The notes under the pieces are model-generated. The model was not told where the DNA came from and did no database searches. It saw nothing but the letters and a program-made list of their open reading frames with translations. A stretch of DNA of 64,000 nucleotides from assembly GCA_963772835.1 (NCBI GenBank), contig CAVYYZ010000008.1, positions 32,001-96,000 of the forward strand. Direction: 5' to 3'. Each line of letters opens with the position of its first letter. Positions within the stretch are counted from its first letter, which is position 1. The stretch is from an uncultured delta proteobacterium. GTDB lineage: Bacteria; Desulfobacterota; Desulfuromonadia; Geobacterales; Pseudopelobacteraceae. Below are positions 56,066-64,000 of the stretch, one piece after another. The translations under genes were made by a program, and so were the position numbers.

Positions 56066-57340
56066 CTAATTTTCCCGGCACACCCGGTTCCTTCCGGTAT
56101 CTTTGGCCCTGTACATTGCCTTGTCAGCCCGATTGAGGAGAGTCTCCCGGGTGTCTCCGGTTTTGTACCCACTAACACCGATACTGGCGGTTATAAAAAA
56201 CTCACTGCCTTCATGAAGTACCGCTGTTTTTTCCAGATTAACCCGTACTCTCTCTGCCGCTTCAGAAGCCCCCTGCGCGTCGGTTTCAGGAAAAGCAACG
56301 GCAAACTCCTCGCCACCGATTCTACCAAAAAAATCTGACGCGCGCAGACCTGATGTCTTAAGGGTGCGGCATAACGTCTGTAACGCTTCATCACCTGCGG
56401 CGTGACCTCGCGAATCGTTTACCGACTTAAAGTGATCAAGATCAAGCATAAACACCGAAAATACCCGCCCATAGCGCTTGGCCCGTTCCGTTTCAATGCC
56501 CAGCAGTTCCATAAAGTGGCCGCGATTATTGATGCCGGTGAGCGGATCGGTATGTGCCATTATTGTAAGCTCTTCCGCCTGCGCAGCCATGATGCGCTGT
56601 GCCTCGAAAATTCTTTTATTCAACTTTGAGATCATCTGGTAAATGATTCCGAACAAAATGGATGACGTGACCAGAAAAAGGCCTACCAGCAGATACTTTT
56701 GTCGTGCCAGGCTACGTGCAGACTCTGTAACGTCAAAACTGACACTGATACCACCGCGGACTTCTCCACCTTTGTACCCTTGAACAGCATGGCATTTCAG
56801 GCAGGGCTGCTCTGTTTTAAGCGGAGCCATATAACGATAGATCTTATGGTCACCGTCCATAACTATCTCAACTGTTTCGGCTTTTCCTTTTTCAAACGCT
56901 TCGAGTGAGCTGCGCTCGAAGGCATCCGGTGTGTTGCCGGGATTGAGCGGTTTGAGGCTGGTGATATGGAAGCGGTACAGGCCGACCTTGTCTGCAATCT
57001 CAGAAATTTCACGTGTCATCAACGCCGGGTTTTTTAACGTGTAGGTTTTACCTGTGACATCATGGATGTCCGGGTTAATCAGGTACGGATTCGACACCAT
57101 CCCTGCCTTTTTTTCCACATATACACCACCGTACTGCGCGCTCCATCGACGGGTCAGCACAATATTATCGAAATGCGATTTCGCCTTGGACAGATATTCT
57201 GATTCGATCAGCTGCTTGTTGTTATGGAAGAGACCGAAAAAAAGACCCAGAATAAACAGCAGAACGACAAAGGTGAGCTGTAGAGTGAATACGCGCCAGG
57301 TTTTTTTGTCCTGTTTATATTCGTTAGCATGATTACTCAT
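56066..57340 (-). CDS. membrane diguanylate cyclase with DUF3365-like periplasmic heme (CxxCH) sensor
   Basis: KNPALMTRE, CLKCH, GGISV; DLDHFKSVND..GH..GD, GGEEF. Confidence 0.9.
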   Translation of the reverse strand: MSNHANEYKQDKKTWRVFTLQLTFVVLLFILGLFFGLFHNNKQLIESEYLSKAKSHFDNIVLTRRWSAQYGGVYVEKKAGMVSNPYLINPDIHDVTGKTYTLKNPALMTREISEIADKVGLYRFHITSLKPLNPGNTPDAFERSSLEAFEKGKAETVEIVMDGDHKIYRYMAPLKTEQPCLKCHAVQGYKGGEVRGGISVSFDVTESARSLARQKYLLVGLFLVTSSILFGIIYQMISKLNKRIFEAQRIMAAQAEELTIMAHTDPLTGINNRGHFMELLGIETERAKRYGRVFSVFMLDLDHFKSVNDSRGHAAGDEALQTLCRTLKTSGLRASDFFGRIGGEEFAVAFPETDAQGASEAAERVRVNLEKTAVLHEGSEFFITASIGVSGYKTGDTRETLLNRADKAMYRAKDTGRNRVCREN

Positions 57341-57461
57341 GGGTTCTCCAATCATGGGTAATGGGAAGTTTCGGCGTGACTGAAATACTGTGAAGGATTG
57401 GACCTGCCAAACTCCAGTAAATCTACCACTTAATAATACTTATATAAAACAATATTTTGTC

Positions 57462-57553
57462 GCTCAACGGTAATGAGATGTGGCGGCGGCTAAGTTCTAT
57501 CGCGACGACGTCTGCCGCCGATTTTTGGGAAGGTGCTTCTTTCCTGTTTGAAC
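57462..57553 (-). other. attC-like recombination site (degenerate)
   Basis: Minus strand GTTCAAAC...GGCGGC..GCCGCC...CCGTTGAGC starting 7 bp after the HD-GYP stop. Confidence 0.45.
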
Positions 57554-57560
57554 CTCGTAA

Positions 57561-58877
57561 TTATTTTTGTTTTTCACTTATATCTCGTGTCAAGGGCTGA
57601 TCCTTCGACCACTCTTCAAAGTATCTGATAATGCACGCTTCCAGCTTTTGGTGCAGCAATGCCTCTTCGTCGTTGCAGATCTCTGCATGCAACGCCTCGG
57701 CATGTTCCATAAAAAGCTGTGCAATCTCTGGATCAAAATGACTGCCGGATGACTCTCTGATAATCCCTATCGAAACAGCAAAACTGAAGGGTTCCTTGTA
57801 GGGGCGCCTGGAGGTCAGGGCATCGAACACGTCTGCTATTGCAAAAATCCTGGCATTGAGCGGAATATTATTCTGAGCCAGGCCATGCGGATAGCCGCTA
57901 CCGTCAAATTTTTCATGGTGCCCGGTAACCACGTCACGCGCGTCCTTCAGCCAGTCGTAACTTTGGACCAGATCCTCGCCATGCAGCACATGGCTCTTCA
58001 TGATCACAAACTCTTCATCAGTCAGTTTGTTCGGTTTGAGCAGGATCGCATCACTAATTGCAATCTTGCCCAGGTCATGGAGAAAAGCCCCTTTGATAAG
58101 ACCCTTCATCGCGGTGTTCGAAAGCCCCAATTTCTCCCCGATATGCACCGTATAGAGCGTAACCCGGTAATTATGAACATTGGTGTCGCTGTCGCGTTTG
58201 GCGATTGCGCTTCCCAGCACCTTCAACAGTCCGATGTTGGTAAACGCAAGGTTGTTGGAGTACGCAATCAGCTTCCGGTTCATGCGAATGATCACCGGAT
58301 ACAGCGCCAGACTGGTGGCGAAAATGACCAGCACAACCAGGATTAACGACCAGAGAGTCTGCTGCTTGATCTGGGCAATTATTTCCATCGGTGCGTGATA
58401 GATCCCCTCCAGGTAACCGATTTTGTTGCCAGTGCTGTTCAGGAGCGGGACAAACACCCTCAGATAGGTGTCCCCTCCCAGTGTGAGTTTGGTGCAAACA
58501 ATGCCGCCCTTTTCGGCGAATTCGCTCCCATGTTTGGGGAGTTTGACCTCGAGTTCTTTGGCATTCGGTTTGACCGCCTCGGTGATCTTATGCGAACCGG
58601 TATCGTAAAATTCAACAATAATGAGATGGTCCTGTTCTATCTCAAGCTGAACCCTGTGGTTGAGTTCAGCCAGGGTCCGGGGCGAGGGCGATTTCAGGTA
58701 AAGGGCAACCGGTTTGATATATTTTGCCGTTTCTGTCTTTGCCATGTCCACAACATGGCTGTCCAGGCGGACACTGCCGAGATAATTTACCAGACCGCCA
58801 ATCACCAGCGACAGGATGAGACAGAGAAGCGTAAGCCTGATGACAAGCCATTTATGAAGGTTATCAATCATCTGCAT
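57561..58877 (-). CDS. membrane HD-GYP cyclic-dinucleotide phosphodiesterase
   Basis: LHDLGK, HHEKFDGSGYP, ADVFDAL..RPYK. Confidence 0.92.
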   Translation of the reverse strand: MQMIDNLHKWLVIRLTLLCLILSLVIGGLVNYLGSVRLDSHVVDMAKTETAKYIKPVALYLKSPSPRTLAELNHRVQLEIEQDHLIIVEFYDTGSHKITEAVKPNAKELEVKLPKHGSEFAEKGGIVCTKLTLGGDTYLRVFVPLLNSTGNKIGYLEGIYHAPMEIIAQIKQQTLWSLILVVLVIFATSLALYPVIIRMNRKLIAYSNNLAFTNIGLLKVLGSAIAKRDSDTNVHNYRVTLYTVHIGEKLGLSNTAMKGLIKGAFLHDLGKIAISDAILLKPNKLTDEEFVIMKSHVLHGEDLVQSYDWLKDARDVVTGHHEKFDGSGYPHGLAQNNIPLNARIFAIADVFDALTSRRPYKEPFSFAVSIGIIRESSGSHFDPEIAQLFMEHAEALHAEICNDEEALLHQKLEACIIRYFEEWSKDQPLTRDISEKQK

Positions 58878-58952
58878 TAATGCTCCCGTCTTACCCCTCC
58901 CCAACTCCGGTCGTTCGGGAGGGATCGTCGATAATGAACTTTAGCCACTCTT

Positions 58953-59017
58953 ACACAACGGGCATGTAGTTGGCCCGCTGTCTTTTGATATTGGCGTGTC
59001 TAACCTTCTGGTCGGAT
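58953..59017 (-). other. attC-like site (highly degenerate)
   Basis: Minus strand ATCCGAC...GTTAGACACGC..GCGGGCCAAC...CCCGTTGTGT just after the PAS ORF stop. Confidence 0.35.
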
Positions 59018-59025
59018 CATGTTTT

Positions 59026-59493
59026 TTACTCCGTTGGGTTATCTGGTTTTGTCAAATGTATAGGCCCGACACCAGTAGCATTAACCTTGGAAGGAGTAAT
59101 TATTTCCAGATAACGGGATATGCAAATAACCCCGCCAACTTCTTTGTTAGAATAAATAAAAGGGGATTTTGAAGTTGATTTACGGACAGTCTCTCCATTG
59201 GGATAGGTGATAATTTCTGCCATGTTTTGGATAGAAACTTTGCTTCTCATGACATATAAATCATCTTCCAGGGCTTTTTGAGCTTGCTCAAAAGGAAGCA
59301 AATCAAAATCTGTTTTTCCAATGATTTCAGGAATGGTCAGATTATAATGTTTGGCTTTTACCCTGCTGGCACATCTAATCTCTCCTCCCGTGAACCCTCC
59401 TTTACCATCGGAGTGATATTCCTTAATAACTATTGAGTCCTCAATTTGCTCAAGAATCGCGTAATGAAATATTAAATCCATCATTTGCCCCAT
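59026..59493 (-). CDS. stand-alone PAS domain protein
   Basis: IIGKTDFDL, D..VM, TSKSP..GVICISR; AAGGAG RBS; low GC. Confidence 0.75.
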   Translation of the reverse strand: MGQMMDLIFHYAILEQIEDSIVIKEYHSDGKGGFTGGEIRCASRVKAKHYNLTIPEIIGKTDFDLLPFEQAQKALEDDLYVMRSKVSIQNMAEIITYPNGETVRKSTSKSPFIYSNKEVGGVICISRYLEIITPSKVNATGVGPIHLTKPDNPTE

Positions 59494-59552
59494 AATATAC
59501 TCCTTACTGAGTTGTTAAGTTACCGGTTTCAAAAAGGTCTGCTCTGAACTGT

Positions 59553-59612
59553 TAACAACGGTAAGGGCGATCACCTGACGTGTTTAGGTCAGGTGCATCT
59601 TCCTCGTTAGAC
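59553..59612 (-). other. attC-like recombination site
   Basis: Minus strand GTCTAAC-GAGGAA-GATGCACCTGAC...GTCAGGTGATC...CCGTTGTT, extra base in the left L box, 10 bp after stop. Confidence 0.6.
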
Positions 59613-59622
59613 ATTCTTTGAT

Positions 59623-60084
59623 CTATCTTCGGGCTTTACCGCTGATCCGTTCGATTTCTATTTTGAAGACCTTTGTAATCGTGTCCTTTTGCTTGATGTA
59701 TCGTGTGCCTTCCTCAATAAAATCTGAACAGTATTTGTCTAAAAGCCACAGCAATGAATCATGCCTCTCGGTTCCATTGATTTCTGACGCTACGCCAAAG
59801 ACCACGGCACTCTCGTATTCAGTGCCAAATTTGTCAGGCAGAACTTTAGTCTTGCCAACAACACAAAAGGAAACCTTTGAGTTGTGCTCGATATTTTCGA
59901 GCTTATGGCCACTGATAGCACAGTGGAAATAGATGCATTCGTTCTTATAAATATAACTCAACGGCACACCATAGGGCTGCCCATCTTTGCTGACTGTTGA
60001 CATAATCCCATATTCAGCGTTGTCGAGTATATCCTTTGCCTCATGGAGGGATATTCCCCGGTCACTTCTCCGAATACCTTTCAT
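59623..60084 (-). CDS. pyridoxamine 5'-phosphate oxidase-like flavin-binding protein (NimA-like)
   Basis: PYGVPLSY, IYFHCA..G.KL, KVSFCVVG, YESAVVFG, ISGK. Confidence 0.88.
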   Translation of the reverse strand: MKGIRRSDRGISLHEAKDILDNAEYGIMSTVSKDGQPYGVPLSYIYKNECIYFHCAISGHKLENIEHNSKVSFCVVGKTKVLPDKFGTEYESAVVFGVASEINGTERHDSLLWLLDKYCSDFIEEGTRYIKQKDTITKVFKIEIERISGKARR

Positions 60085-60099
60085 CCGTCCTTCCTTTAT

Positions 60100-60159
60100 G
60101 CCTAACGGGCATGGCTTTGATCTGCCGTGTTTTCGGGCAGCCCGTAAGCCCTGTTGGAT
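60100..60159 (-). other. attC-like recombination site
   Basis: Minus strand ATCCAAC...CTGCC..GGCAG...CCCGTTAGGC, 15 bp before the next ATG. Confidence 0.6.
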
Positions 60160-60362
60160 CTTATTTTTCTCTATTTGTTTAGTCTTGAGACGCCATCCCT
60201 CTGCCACTTGTATGGACTTTCCTTCGTTCGTGATGGTGTATCACAATCTGCCCAAAAGTCCTATTCACGTTGAGCCAAAACATGCAGGTTTGACACCATG
60301 TGGTTCATTTTCAATCCACAGGCCTGATTATTGTTCAAAGCCGAGGATTAGCCTCACCTGTG

Positions 60363-60851
60363 TCAACGGCATTCAGCATTCCAGAGTGCCCGTTCCTTAC
60401 TATCCGTAGGAGGCGGATCTAAACAAGGATTCCGGTAAGAACCGTTGTCAGCGGGGGCGATCTTCTCTGGAGCATTTCTTCGATGGTGTCTCGAAAGATT
60501 TTCGGCGCGCAATCCTGGATACTTAGCCTGAAGGTAATCACCGATTTGCCAGAGCGTCAGCACATTCACCAGTGTTGCCACACCGATAGCTGCAATAATA
60601 GCGATGCCAAAACGCCGCCGAAGCCATTCAACTAATCCACCGATCAGCGCACATATTGCTGCACCAGCGATCAGGCCGACTAAAGCGGAAAAAACAGTAA
60701 AAACCCACACGACAGCCGGCGCAAAGGTATCCGCGTTCATGTGAGACAAACGGGAATACGGTCCCCGAAACAAGACCCACGCGCCCCACGCACCCCCGAG
60801 TAAAGGCCATAAGATACGGATGATCCACCAGTAAGGACTCTCGCGCTTCAT
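60363..60851 (-). CDS. hypothetical membrane protein
   Basis: 162 aa, ~3 TM segments, ATGA overlap with upstream ORF. Confidence 0.6.
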   Translation of the reverse strand: MKRESPYWWIIRILWPLLGGAWGAWVLFRGPYSRLSHMNADTFAPAVVWVFTVFSALVGLIAGAAICALIGGLVEWLRRRFGIAIIAAIGVATLVNVLTLWQIGDYLQAKYPGLRAENLSRHHRRNAPEKIAPADNGSYRNPCLDPPPTDSKERALWNAECR

Positions 60852-61306
60852 CGTGTAGTCTTTCCTTGCGGTAATTCGTCAATGACTCTGCGTGCCCGAT
60901 CTAGGTGATGTTCCATTGTTCCAAGCTTTTGCATTTGGCAACCGGAAGATAATTTGTTCCAGGTCAAGCTCAAAGATTGATTAAATCCACTGTGGAGAAG
61001 GAAATTTGCCAATGGCATGGTACGCCGTTGGGTTGAGGCTGTCAGCGGGATGATCTTTTCGATCTGAAGCGACTGTTGCCGATTGCGCCATTGTATTCGA
61101 GCGCCAAGCCAGTCACCCGCCCCGTCATCAATGAGCACCCATCCCCATCCGTCAACACTCAGGTCAAGATAGCAGTAAGCACCCTGCTCACCACTCCCTG
61201 CCCATTCGCCCGCAAAAAAACCTGGAGAACTGTCAGGAAGAGGTGTTAAGGCATTCGCGTTCCCCAACCAGGCACATATTATGGCGAGACCTATGAAATA
61301 TCGCAT
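60848..61306 (-). CDS. exported hypothetical protein
   Basis: Signal peptide MRYFIGLAIICAWLGNANA; AGGA RBS. Confidence 0.6.
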   Translation of the reverse strand: MRYFIGLAIICAWLGNANALTPLPDSSPGFFAGEWAGSGEQGAYCYLDLSVDGWGWVLIDDGAGDWLGARIQWRNRQQSLQIEKIIPLTASTQRRTMPLANFLLHSGFNQSLSLTWNKLSSGCQMQKLGTMEHHLDRARRVIDELPQGKTTR

Positions 61307-61349
61307 GAATCTGTCCTTTTCTCCGTAGGGGTTGTTTTTTAACGTAGAA

Positions 61350-61434
61350 TACCAACGTGCTGAGCCTTTACCTGCCGTTTTATGGGCGTGTGTAAGTGAA
61401 AGGCGTTGGTCAGGCATCATTGGTGTTGTTGATG
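61350..61434 (-). other. attC-like site (degenerate)
   Basis: Minus strand CATCAAC...GCCTGACC...GGCAGG...CACGTTGGTA upstream of the 61306 start. Confidence 0.4.
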
Positions 61435-61806
61435 AAACGTTTTTGCGTGCTCCCGTTGTCAGTAATTTATGGCAATTACGCCCAGAAATCCCTCAACATT
61501 AGATACGTTTATGTCCTAGTCTAATAATATCTCGCTACAACGCTAAGATAAACAATATTATCACCAACAGCCGAAGCAATCAGTGTAATTTGTGAGGCAG
61601 ATATGGAGGTTAACGTGATTTGGATGTTTTGGCTTCCCAATAGTTTTACACTCGGTGCAACGGCAGGATCAGTACTCTTTCTGTCAGGATGGATGGCGAC
61701 TCGCCGCTCGTTTAATACGGGTGAAATTGATTTGCCTAACCATATGCTGCTCCGGTACAATGCAGTGCAGTCCGGATTGTAATCGGACGGTGCGGGAGGC
61801 GTCACA

Positions 61807-62427
61807 ATGAAGAAACAACTCGGCAGTATCATGTTTAAAGGACTGGTGACGATGCTCCCGGCCCTGTTAACGTTCTACATTCTCTTCTGGCTCGTGAACT
61901 CTGCGGAAACCGTACTCGGCGGCATGCTCAAAGTGCTGCTTCCAGGCGGTTGGTACATCCCCGGCATGGGCCTTTTGGTCGGGCTCGCTGCGACCTTTAT
62001 GTTCGGCTTGCCGCTCAATGCCTTTCTGGTGCGCTGGATGCACAATCTGGGCGAAAAGCTGGCGGACAACATACCGCTTGTCAAAACACTCTACGGTTCG
62101 CTCAAAGATTTCATTGGTTTTTTTGCCAATCAACGAGACTCCCAGTTCAACCAGGTGGTTACTATGGACCTGGAATTCGGCGGCAAGCCGATGCGTATGA
62201 TCGGTTTCGTCACGCGCAGCGATTTCAGCAGCCTGCCGTCGGGAATCGGCGAGGAGGGGGAAATTGCGGTGTACCTCCCGCTGAGCTTCCAGATCGGTGG
62301 TTATACGGTAATTGTACCTCGATCCTCCGTGAAACCGATAGATATCCCTGTCCACCGCGCCATGGGCTTTGTGGTCACCGGGGGCATGTCCACCGACAAG
62401 GGGCACAACGTAAACATTCCGTCGTAA
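61807..62427 (+). CDS. DUF502 membrane protein
   Basis: GL..LP..LT, IPLVKTLY, IGFVT, VYLP motifs; GGAGG RBS. Confidence 0.85.
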   Translation: MKKQLGSIMFKGLVTMLPALLTFYILFWLVNSAETVLGGMLKVLLPGGWYIPGMGLLVGLAATFMFGLPLNAFLVRWMHNLGEKLADNIPLVKTLYGSLKDFIGFFANQRDSQFNQVVTMDLEFGGKPMRMIGFVTRSDFSSLPSGIGEEGEIAVYLPLSFQIGGYTVIVPRSSVKPIDIPVHRAMGFVVTGGMSTDKGHNVNIPS

Positions 62428-62528
62428 GATACGCCTTCTCACCAATCTGCTCCCAGAGCGTTAGGGGGCACCCATTTATTTGCCATTGATTCCAGGAAGA
62501 CAGGGCAGATTTTGTCAGTAGTGAAAAA

Positions 62529-63023
62529 TCAAGGCGTCTTTACAATTTTGGTAAAGAGATAATCGTTTTTGGCAACAGGTACATGGCAACCAAAGCACTC
62601 AGAAACAAAACCGGCGTCCTTGCCGTATGGTTTCAGATCCTTCCCCACGAAACGGGCGAAGCCCCAACCACCAGTGTCTATGTATTTTTTGGCATCCTTG
62701 ACCATAAACTCGACCTGCACAAATGCACCCGGTTCTGTTGCTACTGGAAAAGAAGGATGCTTTTCAGCTTTCCAGGCTACCTTGGCCAATACGCTGCCAT
62801 CAGGAAGTGGGGTCTTGCCGGCCCGCAACGCCGTGACTGCAATCTCATTGCCGGTGATGACGCGGATATGCCCCTTGTCTTCCCGATAGGAGGGCGCTAC
62901 GATCTTCCACGACAAGTAATCAGGGTAGATGGCAATTCCGTTAGGTGCTGTCGGCAGGTCTGCCGCAACAATAGTTCCTGCAACAAAAACTAACGCTACA
63001 AAGACCAAAATGATTTTTAGCAT
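62529..63023 (-). CDS. cytochrome P460 / c'-beta family protein
   Basis: Signal peptide, PDGSVLAK, EFMVKD, TGGWGFARF, C-terminal CFGCH. Confidence 0.85.
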   Translation of the reverse strand: MLKIILVFVALVFVAGTIVAADLPTAPNGIAIYPDYLSWKIVAPSYREDKGHIRVITGNEIAVTALRAGKTPLPDGSVLAKVAWKAEKHPSFPVATEPGAFVQVEFMVKDAKKYIDTGGWGFARFVGKDLKPYGKDAGFVSECFGCHVPVAKNDYLFTKIVKTP

Positions 63024-63142
63024 AACAACCTCCCCGGCGTGTTTTTGGATTAATACCATCATCACTATGTACTCGATTTTAATAGTAGCAGTTGTTTCGT
63101 TCTTTGCAACGAGTCAACGCGTATAGAGCCCCGTTAGGTCCG

Positions 63143-63412
63143 TTAAGTGTCAGGTCCTGAAACGTTATTTATTCGATTAAGTACTTTGCTAATAATCGCA
63201 TAGTGGCCATCCGGACTGAAGGAAGAGGTGGAAATGATTTGGAATACGTGCCGCGCAAAGCACTCAGTTTCTGTGGCCGACAATACATCTGTGAGTCGCG
63301 TGACACATAAATGCCTGTCCGTGTCATCGAAAAATATGTTGCGTTTCTCGATCCCGCGCACTATCACGTGCGCCACTATTCCTGGATCATCTAATCCGGC
63401 TTTACGTGGCAT
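63143..63412 (-). pseudogene. remnant of Y1/REP-associated tyrosine transposase (RAYT, IS200-like)
   Basis: MPRK..LD.PG..HVIVRGIEKRNIF.DD.DR; HUH motif IPNHFHL in a shifted frame; truncated. Confidence 0.75.
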
Positions 63413-63752
63413 GTTGCGTTGTTAACATGTTAGCCATAAATCAACTCGCAAACAACGTCCACTTAGACCTCAGTGAACATCAAAAGCCCTGCCCTTGACA
63501 TAAGACACAGGGGAGTCCATAACATACGTGTGTTGATGTCCATTATTCCGGTCAGTACAAGTTAAACCACGTCCACATGGGACGCCAAAACAAGCCACCT
63601 CCCCTCAGAACGACCAGTCCCGACAATTCGAATACTTCCCCGGGAATACACATTGATCGGACATTTTTTGCGATGTTGCATATCTGTCACATTGCTCATC
63701 GGAAAAACGCAGCACGTGTATTCAACAACAAACAGAGCCAACAAGGATGCCT

Positions 63753-64000
63753 ATGAAAAACTTCACAATGGTTAAAGTAATCGTGCTGATCGCCCTGCTC
63801 GGAATGATTCTGTTCTATTTTCTGGGGACCTCCGCGCCTGAAGTGTCGTTAAACCTTGAAGCAGGACCGCTTGGCGGCAGTCGGGAGCTTACCCTGAAGC
63901 TGGACGCACAGGGTGGGATTCTGAAAAAGCTGTCTGTTTCCGCAGTGCAAGCAGAGAAGACGGTCACCGTACTGGAAAAGGTGTATCCCTCCGGCAGCCG
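63753..64000 (+). CDS. membrane-anchored protein, possibly an M23 peptidase N-terminus; 3' truncated
   Basis: AAGGA RBS, frame open to window end, N-terminal TM. Confidence 0.5.
   Translation, partial: MKNFTMVKVIVLIALLGMILFYFLGTSAPEVSLNLEAGPLGGSRELTLKLDAQGGILKKLSVSAVQAEKTVTVLEKVYPSGS

Noticed and set aside
56066..57340. Hypr-type (3',3'-cGAMP) GGDEF
   Set aside because: Both GGDEF proteins keep the canonical Asp in GHxxGD, consistent with c-di-GMP
63111..63146. Additional attC-like site (AGTCAAC...GTTAGGT)
   Set aside because: Too short and no L-box pairing

Overview
Chromosomal window (about 53-58% GC by eye) that looks like a Geobacteraceae/Desulfuromonadales deltaproteobacterium. It holds a GlcF-like Fe-S protein, an XRE-cupin regulator and an acyl-CoA carboxylase/methylmalonyl-CoA mutase/epimerase locus. 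These are followed by an OmpJ-like porin, parAB and the b'-b-delta-alpha-gamma-beta-epsilon part of the ATP synthase operon. Further along are tandem kup K+ transporters plus a Na/Ca-family antiporter behind a c-di-AMP (ydaO) riboswitch, serS and tRNA-Ser(UGA), an arn-type lipid A modification operon, hemE, tatA, leuCD and larB-larC-cinA. An accessory region lies at about 56-63.5 kb. Several genes carry single-base indels, most likely long-read errors. The most notable unexplained structure is: (1) a GxxExxY nuclease-like gene enclosed by 29-bp inverted repeats built of 8-nt units and inserted between mutase and epimerase, plus two gene-less intergenic elements with the same triple-repeat inverted architecture, a candidate autonomous/non-autonomous mobile system; (2) co-oriented, degenerate attC-like sites separating the minus-strand genes at 57.4-61.4 kb, a CALIN-like cassette array without integrase; (3) a GTAG REP doublet inside the atp operon and a RAYT/Y1-transposase remnant; (4) a chimeric deletion scar of a USP and a P-type ATPase.
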